Assembly (NCBI GenBank): GCA_031459625.1
Contig: JAVKIH010000011.1
Coordinates: forward strand, 21,031-85,030
Length of the DNA stretch: 64,000 bases
DNA from: Candidatus Geohabitans tengchongensis
GTDB lineage: Bacteria; Sysuimicrobiota; Sysuimicrobiia; Sysuimicrobiales; Humicultoraceae
Direction of reading: 5' to 3'
The notes beneath the pieces were generated by a model. That model had not been told where the DNA came from, did not search any database, and saw only the letters and a program-made list of their open reading frames with translations. This document shows positions 56,417-64,000 of the stretch, one piece after another; the stretch's first letter is position 1; every line of letters begins with the position of its first letter. Position numbers and translations under genes: made by a program.

Positions 56417-58312
56417 ATGTGCGGCATCGCGGGCCTCTACGCCAGGCGAGGGGCGGTCGACCCCCAGGTGGTGCGGACCATGACGGCGGTACAGACGCAC
56501 CGCGGGCCGCTGGAGGAGGGGTACCTCCTCACGCCCCGTGTCGGCCTGGGCATGCGCCGCCTCTCCATCATCGACGTGGCCGGCGGCCAGCAGCCCGTCT
56601 ACAACGAGGACGGCTCGATCGCCGTCGTCTTCAACGGGGAGATCTTCAACTACCGGGAGCTGCGCGCCGAGCTCCTCGAGCGCGGCCACCGCCTCACCAC
56701 GGTCTCCGACACGGAGGTCATCGTCCACCTGTACGAGGAGCGGGGGATCGACTGCCTGCACGCCTTCAACGGGATGTTCGCCTTCGCCCTGTGGGACGGC
56801 CGGCGCGAGCGCCTGTTCCTGGCACGCGACCGCCTGGGCGTCAAGCCCCTCTACTACTGGGACGACGCCCGGGGCCTGGCCTTCGCATCCGAGCTGAAGG
56901 CGCTCCTGCTCTGTGACTTCGTGGAGCGCCGTCCGGACCCCTATGCCCTCCTCGACTACCTGGCGCTGATGTACGTTCGCGCGCCACGCACGCCGTTCCA
57001 GGACGTACACAAGCTCGCCCCCGGCCACTACCTGGTGGCGGACCGCATGGGGACCCGGGTGGACGCGTACTGGCGCCTGGCCGACTACTACACGCCCGCA
57101 CGAGTTTCAGTACCGGAGGCCGTCGAGCACGTCCGGGAGCTGCTGCGTGACGCTGTGCGCCTCCGGCTGCGCAGCGACGTCCCGGTGGGCGCCTTCCTGA
57201 GCGGCGGGATCGACTCCAGCGCGATCGTAGCCCTGGCGGCACAGGAATCGGCCACTCCCCTGCGGACCTTCACCGTGGACTTCGGTCCGGACAGCTTCGA
57301 CGAGGTCCGCTACGCCCGGCTGGTGGCCGACCGCTATGCCACCGCGCACAACGAGATGCGGGCGACCGTGAACGATGCCCTGCAGGAGCTGCCTCGGCTG
57401 GTCTGGCACATGGATGAGCCGCACGGCGACTCGGCCGTCGTCTCGACCTATCTGGTCTCGCGGTTCGCTGCCAGCCAGCTCCGCGTGGTCCTGTCCGGTT
57501 CCGGGGGCGACGAGGTCTTCGGCGGCTACCGGCGGTACTTCGACGGCGGCGCTGTGGACCACCTCTACCGACGGCTGCCGCAGGGGCTGCAGGTGGCCGG
57601 CGCGCGCTGGGCCAGGCGCGTCAACGCGGAGCTGGGCGGCCGCCTGGCCTGGAACGCCATGCCCGTAGAGCAGCGCTACCTGCGCACCCTCTCACTTTTC
57701 CACGCCCAGGAGCGCCGCCGGCTCCTCGGCGAGGCGGTGCACGACACCCTCGACCTGCGGGAAGTGTTCGCCGCCGTCCCGCACGCCGACCCGGTCAATC
57801 GCCTGATGTACGTGGACGCGGTGACCTACCTGCCGGACGACATTCTCCACGTGACCGACCGGATGAGCATGGCGGTCTCGCTGGAGGCGCGTACGCCCTT
57901 TCTCGACTACCGTCTGGTAGAATTTGTCGCCGGACTTCCTGGACGCTGGAAGGTGAACCCCTGGCGGCGGACCTGGAAGATTTTGCTGAAGCGAGCGGTG
58001 GGGCCCTGGCTGCCCCCGGCGATCCTGGCGCGCCCGAAGTGGGGGTTTGGCGCTCCGTTGCGCGCCTGGATGAGCCATGGGCTGCTGGACGTGATGGCCC
58101 AGGTCTACCGGAAGAGCGCCGCCGTGGACGCGGGGCTGGTGCAGGTCGAGGGCGTGCAGACCCTCCTGCAGGCGGCCCGCACCGGGCCGATGGCGGTGCA
58201 CGTGGCCCAGCAGCTCTGGTCGCTGCTGGTGCTCGAGCTCTGGTCCCGGCTCTTCCTGTGCGGACCGGCCGCTCAGGCTCCCGCCTTTACGCTGCGCGAC
58301 CTGGCGGCGTGA
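56417..58312 (+). CDS. asnB: Asparagine synthase (glutamine-hydrolysing) family amidotransferase
   Basis: MCGIAG, RRLSIID, FNGEIFN, LSGGIDSS, GGDEVFGGY, DRMSMAVSLEAR.PFLD. Confidence 0.93.
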   Translation: MCGIAGLYARRGAVDPQVVRTMTAVQTHRGPLEEGYLLTPRVGLGMRRLSIIDVAGGQQPVYNEDGSIAVVFNGEIFNYRELRAELLERGHRLTTVSDTEVIVHLYEERGIDCLHAFNGMFAFALWDGRRERLFLARDRLGVKPLYYWDDARGLAFASELKALLLCDFVERRPDPYALLDYLALMYVRAPRTPFQDVHKLAPGHYLVADRMGTRVDAYWRLADYYTPARVSVPEAVEHVRELLRDAVRLRLRSDVPVGAFLSGGIDSSAIVALAAQESATPLRTFTVDFGPDSFDEVRYARLVADRYATAHNEMRATVNDALQELPRLVWHMDEPHGDSAVVSTYLVSRFAASQLRVVLSGSGGDEVFGGYRRYFDGGAVDHLYRRLPQGLQVAGARWARRVNAELGGRLAWNAMPVEQRYLRTLSLFHAQERRRLLGEAVHDTLDLREVFAAVPHADPVNRLMYVDAVTYLPDDILHVTDRMSMAVSLEARTPFLDYRLVEFVAGLPGRWKVNPWRRTWKILLKRAVGPWLPPAILARPKWGFGAPLRAWMSHGLLDVMAQVYRKSAAVDAGLVQVEGVQTLLQAARTGPMAVHVAQQLWSLLVLELWSRLFLCGPAAQAPAFTLRDLAA

Positions 58313-58378
58313 GGTTGGGGAGTAGGACCGCCCCCCCCGCCCGTCAGCCGCCGCGGAGGGCAATGTGGCTCCTGCCGC

Positions 58379-60535
58379 TCAGAGCCGCGTGACCCGGGCG
58401 TTCCAGCGGGGTTCGAAGTACGTCCCGGACTGGTCCCGACGCCGCAGTTCGAGGGCTCCGTGGACGCCATCTCGGATCTCGACGACGTGCCCCGGGTTCA
58501 TCGAGTCCGCGAGCCAGGCCTCATTCCCGCCAAAGGTGTTGTCTACGAGCCGCCAGCGAACGGCCTCCCGCTCCGGCGACCCCACGTCGAGCTGAACGGC
58601 CGCATGGGTGTATCCGCGCCAGGTCATCCGCTCGAAGAGCACAGCCCCGGGGAAGACGTAGTCCTGGGCTCGCAGCGCGTACGGGAAACGTCCGGCCAGG
58701 TCGACGATCCCCTCGCGGAACGTGAGCTGGTCTCCGATGGCGTAGAGCAGGACGGGGCCGCTGCCGTAACAGGTGAACCGTTCGTAGCGGTAGGGGTTGG
58801 CGTATGCCCCGTGCTCGATGCATCGCTCCTGGTGGTAGCCGACGAAGCCCGTGACGACGTGGACGAGGCGCGTGTTCTGCCAGGTGAAGATCCCGCCCCG
58901 GCGGTTGTTGTGGGCGAGACCCGTCTCCCAGGTCCAGACCCCCTCGCCGGAGTTGTCGTCCGACTGGCCTTCCGGCCAAACGAATCCCCACCACTCGCCG
59001 TTCACGGCCACCAGGTTGCGGGCGACGTTGCGCAGCCCGCGGCCGAAGGAGAACCCGGCCTCCCGCGTGGCCCGGACGTCACCGGGAAACCGCTTGGACA
59101 CCTGCCAGAAGGAGGCCACCGCGTGCTCCCAGACCGCCTCATGGGTGTGGTGCGGGGAGCCGCCCGGGTCCCACCAGTAAGCCGTGTCCATCGTGTTGTG
59201 CGAGATGGTCCACCGCAGCGTGATCCCGTGCGACCCGTGAGGCACGAAGGCGTGGCCGCCGGAATCCCGCACCACGACGCCCTCGACCACCGTTCCGCGT
59301 GAAGCGCTGCCCATCATGTGGAAGTGCAGCCCGTACCGGCCGAGGATCCCATCCGTGAGGCGCGAGTCATTGGGGTTGGGGCGACGCGGCCCGGTCCAGG
59401 CGATCTCCACGTAGCGGATGTCCTGCGGCCGGTCCGAGCGGATGAACACGTGCGTCCGCCCGCTCGGCGTGCCCTCGATGCGCACGTTCCGCGTGAGGTT
59501 GAGGACCTCGGCGGTGTAGGTTCGCCCGTTGACCGTGACAGCCGGGTGAGGGTAGCTCAGCGGTGCATCGAGCACGATCCGGTTGCCTGCCAGGCTGGAG
59601 ATCCGCCGCCGGTCGAACTGCCGCCAGAAGTCGTTGGCCTCACCCGCCTCCCACGGTACCGTCGCCGTGATGACGAGCTCATCCCCCACCTGCCAGTCGT
59701 CGGCGTCCTGGACCTCAATCATCGTCTGTCCCGCCTGCGCCGCCCCGGTGAGGCGTGTCCACGCGGTCTTGGCCTGCCCGCGGAAGTCCAGGGTGCCGCC
59801 GGGCATGACCCACAGCCCCACATCGGTGGGTACCGGGTCCATGCCGCCGCCCACGAACGCGTCCTCCCGGATTCCCACGAACCGCAGCACGTGAACCACT
59901 CCGGGGTTCGGCTGGCTCACGAGCCGGCCCTCGACGATGACATTGCCCGTGGACTCGAGCGTCGTCGAGCAGGAGGGATTGAAGGCCAGGGTTTCGCCCG
60001 CCTGCACCCGGAGCCCCGAGACGCGGGTCGTGCCGCACGGCAACATGTCCCCGCTCGGTGGGCGAGACGTCGGCTGTGGACGCGGGGTGGCGGTGGGCCC
60101 TGGCTGGGGGGTCGGGGCCGGGGTGGGCTGCGGGGTGGGGCTGGGACGCGGTCCCGGCGCTTTGCCCGGGGTGGGCAGGGTGATCTGTGTCCGCGTGACC
60201 TGCCCGGCGCGCACGGTCGTGGTGGCGAGCCGGGAGAGGAAACCACGGGCCCGCACCCAGATCTCATAGCGCCCGGGACGCACGGCCACGCTGAAGAACC
60301 CCGACGGCGAGGTCTGCACGGCCAGCCGGACCGGGCCGACGAGCACGACGGTCGTAGCGATGCCGACGCCCGTGCGTGCGTCGCGAATCCGGCCCTGCAG
60401 CACCCCCGAGGGTGTGGAGGCCGCCTCTCCCGGAACGGTGGCGCTGGAGGTGAGCGCGAGGAGTGTGCCGACGAGGAGGATGGTCAGGGCACGGAACCGC
60501 TGGCGGGGGTGGCAGAGGGCGACGGCGCGCCGCAT
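58379..60535 (-). CDS. Secreted G8-domain/beta-helix protein (CEMIP/TMEM2/fibrocystin-like) with a carboxypeptidase-regulatory-like domain and Pro/Thr linker
   Basis: Signal/TM segment, GRIRDARTG..PGRYEI..A.GF, PTP linker, WTRL, AEVLNLTRNVRIEG, LGRYGLHFH; AGGAGG RBS. Confidence 0.78.
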   Translation of the reverse strand: MRRAVALCHPRQRFRALTILLVGTLLALTSSATVPGEAASTPSGVLQGRIRDARTGVGIATTVVLVGPVRLAVQTSPSGFFSVAVRPGRYEIWVRARGFLSRLATTTVRAGQVTRTQITLPTPGKAPGPRPSPTPQPTPAPTPQPGPTATPRPQPTSRPPSGDMLPCGTTRVSGLRVQAGETLAFNPSCSTTLESTGNVIVEGRLVSQPNPGVVHVLRFVGIREDAFVGGGMDPVPTDVGLWVMPGGTLDFRGQAKTAWTRLTGAAQAGQTMIEVQDADDWQVGDELVITATVPWEAGEANDFWRQFDRRRISSLAGNRIVLDAPLSYPHPAVTVNGRTYTAEVLNLTRNVRIEGTPSGRTHVFIRSDRPQDIRYVEIAWTGPRRPNPNDSRLTDGILGRYGLHFHMMGSASRGTVVEGVVVRDSGGHAFVPHGSHGITLRWTISHNTMDTAYWWDPGGSPHHTHEAVWEHAVASFWQVSKRFPGDVRATREAGFSFGRGLRNVARNLVAVNGEWWGFVWPEGQSDDNSGEGVWTWETGLAHNNRRGGIFTWQNTRLVHVVTGFVGYHQERCIEHGAYANPYRYERFTCYGSGPVLLYAIGDQLTFREGIVDLAGRFPYALRAQDYVFPGAVLFERMTWRGYTHAAVQLDVGSPEREAVRWRLVDNTFGGNEAWLADSMNPGHVVEIRDGVHGALELRRRDQSGTYFEPRWNARVTRL

Positions 60536-60589
60536 GGGCAGCCCCTCCTGTCTGCGGTAGTTCCTTCCGCGGTAGGAGGCCCTCGGTGA

Positions 60590-60675
60590 GGCCTCTTCGG
60601 CAACCCGGCTGACTCGAAGGAGTCCCGTGGCTTTGCGTCCCCGGATCGCTCCGGGTTTGCGTTTATCGGAAGGCC
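60590..60675 (-). ncRNA. c-di-GMP-I (GEMM) riboswitch aptamer
   Basis: Minus strand: CCGATAAAC-GCAAA-CCCGGA-GCGA-TCCGGG-GACGCAAAGCC-ACGG-GACTC-CTTC-GAGTC-AGCCGGGTTGCCG; GNRA loop, both GCAAA motifs and the 3' GCCG are present. Confidence 0.9.
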
Positions 60676-60738
60676 CATCAGACTCTTGCCCTCTCACCCG
60701 GGGGCCTTAGACCGTGGTCGGTCGGTGATGGCAGGGCG

Positions 60739-60744
60739 ATTATA
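60739..60744 (-). promoter_or_regulatory. Putative -10 box (TATAAT) for the riboswitch/G8 transcript
   Basis: Perfect TATAAT about 60 nt upstream of the aptamer in a GC-rich context; no good -35. Confidence 0.5.
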
Positions 60745-60789
60745 GAGCAGATCGCCGGAGGCTTTGGGCCAGAGAAGGGAGAGACGACG

Positions 60790-60867
60790 ATGACGACATT
60801 TTGGATCCTGGTGGTGGTCTCGGTGCTCTTCTACCTGTGGGCGACAGGGCGCCTCATGGTCCAGTGA
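60790..60867 (+). CDS. Putative 25-aa single-TM small protein (MTTFWILVVVSVLFYLWATGRLMVQ)
   Basis: AAGGGAGAG RBS, ATG, hydrophobic helix; below the ORF-track size cut-off. Confidence 0.45.
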   Translation: MTTFWILVVVSVLFYLWATGRLMVQ

Positions 60868-62014
60868 CCTGAGCGGCCGCTCGAACGAAGCGGGCAATCC
60901 GCCGGCAACCTTCTGCCACCGCCTCGGGCGGCGAGGCAAAGGAGATCCGGAGCGTCGCTCTGGCCTGGTCGCCGAACGCCTCCCCCGGGGTGGCGGCCAC
61001 CCGGACCTCCTCCAGGAGGCGCATGGCCACGGCCTCGGCGTCCGTGCCGACCCGTGAGACGTCCACCAGGGCGTAGAACGCGCCCCGCGGGATGGCGGGC
61101 AGGATGCCCTCTGGGGCCAGCAGCTCCACCACGAGGTCACGCCGCGCCCGATAGGCGTCCCGCATCTCGGCAACTTCCTCCTGCGGGCCAGTCAGGGCGG
61201 CTTCGGCAGCGTGCTGCGCGATCGCTGAAGGACAGGAGACGAAGGGTTCCGCGATCCGGGCCATCGCCTCGGCGACCCCACCGCGCGCCAGCGCATACCC
61301 CAGGCGCCACCCCGTCATCGCGTAGGTCTTCGAGACACCGGAGACCGTGACGACGCGCCCGTCTCGGTCTGTGACGGCCGGCCGCACGTGGGTCCCCTCG
61401 TAGACGAAGGCCTCGTAGACTTCGTCCGAGATCAGGACGAGGTCCATCTCGCGAGCGAAGTCGACCAGCCGGTGCACCACCGTTGCGGGGAACACCGCTC
61501 CCGTGGGGTTGGCGGGACTGTTCACGATGAGGGCGCGGGTGCGCGGTGTGACCTGCGGTGCGATGTCCTCCACGTCGGGGACATACGCCAGCTCCCGCCG
61601 CAGAGGGTAGGGCACCGGCGTGGCTCCGATGGCGTGGAGCACAGCCCGGTAGTTTGGCCATCCGGGGTTGGGGATCAGGACCTCATCCCCGGGGTCGACG
61701 ACGGCCAGGAGCGCTGCGGCGAGGGCGAACACCGCTCCCGGTGTGACGATGACCTCCTCGGGAGACGCCGGCAGCCCTTCGGCGGCAAAGCGCGCGGCGA
61801 TCGCCGCCCGCAGCGAGGGGAGCCCGGCCGTGGGGGTGTAGCGCGTCGCGCCCTCCCGGGCGGCGCGCACGGCGGCCTCGACGACGTGCCGCGGGGTGGG
61901 GAAGTCCGGCTCCCCCACCTCCAGGTGGATGATATCCGGCAGCTGGCGCGCCCGCTCCATCATCGCCCGGATGCCGGAGGCGGGCAGCGCGCGGACCCGG
62001 GCGCTGAGCGTCAT
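60854..62014 (-). CDS. PLP-dependent class I/II aminotransferase (AspB-like)
   Basis: GEPDF, YTPTAG, NSPANPTG, SDEVY, SKTYAMTGWRLG, GAFY. Confidence 0.92.
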   Translation of the reverse strand: MTLSARVRALPASGIRAMMERARQLPDIIHLEVGEPDFPTPRHVVEAAVRAAREGATRYTPTAGLPSLRAAIAARFAAEGLPASPEEVIVTPGAVFALAAALLAVVDPGDEVLIPNPGWPNYRAVLHAIGATPVPYPLRRELAYVPDVEDIAPQVTPRTRALIVNSPANPTGAVFPATVVHRLVDFAREMDLVLISDEVYEAFVYEGTHVRPAVTDRDGRVVTVSGVSKTYAMTGWRLGYALARGGVAEAMARIAEPFVSCPSAIAQHAAEAALTGPQEEVAEMRDAYRARRDLVVELLAPEGILPAIPRGAFYALVDVSRVGTDAEAVAMRLLEEVRVAATPGEAFGDQARATLRISFASPPEAVAEGCRRIARFVRAAAQVTGP

Positions 62015-62166
62015 GGCACGTACCTTCGGCGAAGCGGCATCGGAGTCCTGGAGTCGGTGCCGCGCCGGCGCGGGCCCGGCGCGTTCCGTCTCGGCCGTCC
62101 GTGTCGGCAGGCAATGCTTGTGGCCGGCAGGCCCTGGCAGGCTACGCTCCTGGCTGAACGCCCCCG

Positions 62167-63072
62167 CTACTTGCCCACGTAGGTCCGCGACTCCCAGATC
62201 AGCGGGAAGAAGCGCTTCCCCAGCGTCCCCTGCAGGTAGACCGAGCCCGAGGGCATCTCGGGATCCCCGGCCACCTGGTAGAGGCTCTGGCGTCCCGTCC
62301 CCGGGCGCGAGCCGATCATCCGCTCGACCATGAGCAGGTGGCGGGTCCGCCACAGGGCGAAGCGGGAGTCGAACTCCAGCAGGGCCTCCGACAGGTCGTC
62401 CAGGTCGCGCTGCGCCGGGTCCTGGTGGATGCGCACCAGCGTCTCGAGGATCTCCTTCCGCGTCGCCACCGGGTGACCGGCCCGCGCCAGGAGCTCGACG
62501 AAGGCGTCCCACAGGCTGGGTTCGCCCAGACGGCGCTCCAGGGTGCGCTGCGCCTCGGGGTCGTCCCGGAAGAGGCGCAGGAAGCGGGCGTCCCGCGCCC
62601 CCGCCAGGAACTCGATCTCCCGGAACTGGTGGCTCTGCACGCCGCTGGCCCCGCCCAGCTGGGCGCGGAACTCCAGGAAGCTGGCCGGCCGCATCGTCTC
62701 CAGGACCGGGAAGATGCTGATGAGGATCTTCACGACCTCCGAGGCGCGCCGCAGCAGGAGGCGAGCCCGGGGCACCGTCCCTGCCGCGATGGCGTCGCGC
62801 GCCGCGGCGAGCTCGAACGCCAGCAGGCGGAACCACAGCTCGAAGACCTGGTGCACGATGATGAACTGCAGCTCGTCGTGCGCGCTCGTCCGGGGGTGCT
62901 GGAGGCTCAGGAGGTCGCGCAGGCGGAGGTAGGAGGCGTAGGTGAGCGGCTCCGCCGCCGGCCCGGCCGTGGCGGCGGGATGGGGTGATGCGGCGTCAGC
63001 CGGGGTCCGCTCGCCGGCAGACGGGGCGGGGCCCGCCCCTTCGGCCTCGCCGGGAGGGACGTCGACGGCCAC
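62167..63072 (-). CDS. kynA: Tryptophan 2,3-dioxygenase
   Basis: TYASYL, HDELQFIIVHQVFELWF, FR..LG.ASG.QS.QFREIE, WR.RH..MVERMIG..PGTG, FFP.IW; start uncertain. Confidence 0.88.
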   Translation of the reverse strand: MAVDVPPGEAEGAGPAPSAGERTPADAASPHPAATAGPAAEPLTYASYLRLRDLLSLQHPRTSAHDELQFIIVHQVFELWFRLLAFELAAARDAIAAGTVPRARLLLRRASEVVKILISIFPVLETMRPASFLEFRAQLGGASGVQSHQFREIEFLAGARDARFLRLFRDDPEAQRTLERRLGEPSLWDAFVELLARAGHPVATRKEILETLVRIHQDPAQRDLDDLSEALLEFDSRFALWRTRHLLMVERMIGSRPGTGRQSLYQVAGDPEMPSGSVYLQGTLGKRFFPLIWESRTYVGK

Positions 63073-63174
63073 GCCCAGCAGATCACCTTCGGATGGCGCG
63101 CTCACGCACGGAACCCGCCTTGTGGTTGAGGTGGTTGGGGCTTCGTGCCCGGGCGAAGAGGCCCCTTCCGTCGG

Positions 63175-63203
63175 AAGATAGAAACTCCCGAATCGCTTGA
63201 CCA
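63175..63203 (-). promoter_or_regulatory. Putative sigma70-type promoter for kynA-aminotransferase
   Basis: TGGTCA, 17 nt, TATCTT on the minus strand in an AT-rich patch. Confidence 0.35.
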
Positions 63204-63303
63204 TGCCGGGAATGGCCACCGCAGCGCCTCTGAGGCCATGACGATCGGGCCGGGAAGTTCCTCCAACCTTGCACCCGCCCGCGCCCGGCTCCCGGAGCCG
63301 CCG

Positions 63304-64000
63304 ATGCGCCTCGGTGTCGTCTTTCCCCAGACCGAGATTGGTCCCGATCCCGGCGCGGTGCGCGCCGTTGCGGAGGCGGCCGAGGACCTGGGCTTCGACC
63401 ACCTGCTGGCGTTCGACCACGTCCTGGGGGCCGTCCCGCGGGGTCCACACTGGACCGGATACACGCACGAGCACCCCTTCCACGAGCCCTTCGTCCTCTT
63501 CGCCTACCTGGCCGGCCTGACGCGCCGGGTGGAGTTCTGCACCGGCATCCTGGTCCTGCCCCAGCGCCAGACGGCCCTCGTCGCGAAGCAGGCGGCCGAG
63601 GTCGACGTGCTCAGCGGCGGGCGTCTGCGCCTCGGCGTGGCCGTGGGGTGGAACCACGTGGAGTACGAGGCACTCGGCGCCGACTTCCACACCCGCGGCG
63701 CACGGATCGCCGAGCAAATCGCCGTCCTGCGCGCCCTCTGGACGCAGGAGGTCGTGACCGTGGAGGGGCGCTGGCACCGAATTGTCCAGGCCGGGCTGCG
63801 GCCGCTGCCGGTGCAGCGGCCGATCCCGATCTGGCTCGGCGGCCACGACGACCGGGTGCTGCGCCGGGCGGCGGCACTGGCCGACGGCTGGATCGCAGTG
63901 GGGATGGGGATGCCGCCGACGTCAGGGACGGCGCCTCCACCGCGCCCGGAGCTCTCCATGCTGGTCGAACGGTTGCGGACCTACCTGCGGGAGGCCGGAC
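63304..64000 (+). CDS. LLM-class (probably F420-dependent) oxidoreductase, 3'-truncated by the window edge
   Basis: Translated by hand: MRLGVVFPQTEIG, FDHVLG, HEPFVL, ILVLPQRQTALVAKQAAEVDVLSGGRLRLG..GWN..EY, PIPIWLGG. Confidence 0.9.
   Translation, partial: MRLGVVFPQTEIGPDPGAVRAVAEAAEDLGFDHLLAFDHVLGAVPRGPHWTGYTHEHPFHEPFVLFAYLAGLTRRVEFCTGILVLPQRQTALVAKQAAEVDVLSGGRLRLGVAVGWNHVEYEALGADFHTRGARIAEQIAVLRALWTQEVVTVEGRWHRIVQAGLRPLPVQRPIPIWLGGHDDRVLRRAAALADGWIAVGMGMPPTSGTAPPPRPELSMLVERLRTYLREAG

Noticed and set aside
56417..58312. AsnB inactivation or lasso-peptide cyclase role
   Set aside because: HRGPL replaces HRGPD, but Cys1 and the synthetase motifs are intact; no precursor peptide, RRE or B-protease is seen, so polysaccharide amidation fits better
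58313..58378. Intrinsic terminator between the convergent genes
   Set aside because: No convincing hairpin with a U tract; only a C8 run
5098..58400. Polysaccharide locus as a tRNA-integrated mobile island
   Set aside because: No integrase or transposase, and I saw no distal copy of the tRNA 3' end; only a weak local repeat, reported separately

Overview
A very GC-rich bacterial window. (1) 1-4879: the end of a sugar/sugar-acid catabolic operon (ABC ATPase, FGGY kinase, Cgl0159-like aldolase, Hyi, GarR/GlxR). (2) tRNA-Asp(GTC) and an orphan NarL-type response regulator. (3) 6424-58312: a ~52 kb all-plus-strand, tightly packed Wzx/Wzy-type surface-polysaccharide locus. It has an OPX/Wza-like exporter, a split Wzc with a degenerate kinase, its own NusG/RfaH paralogue, 6 GT4 and 3 GT2 transferases, a priming transferase, 4 deacetylases and many acyl/amide-transfer enzymes. 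Embedded in it are an aromatic acyl-CoA module with an ABC importer, an extradiol dioxygenase, a Cys-less AsnB-like ligase next to a tandem asymmetric AdoMetDC-fold protein, two Gfo/Idh-SDR fusions and a frameshifted FkbM methyltransferase. (4) A convergent secreted G8/CEMIP-like protein preceded by a c-di-GMP-I (GEMM) riboswitch with an atypical C at the G20 position and an apparent translational OFF platform. (5) A possible 25-aa membrane peptide, an aminotransferase, tryptophan 2,3-dioxygenase and a partial LLM oxidoreductase. All product calls come from motif recognition by eye; no database search was run, and some start codons are best guesses.
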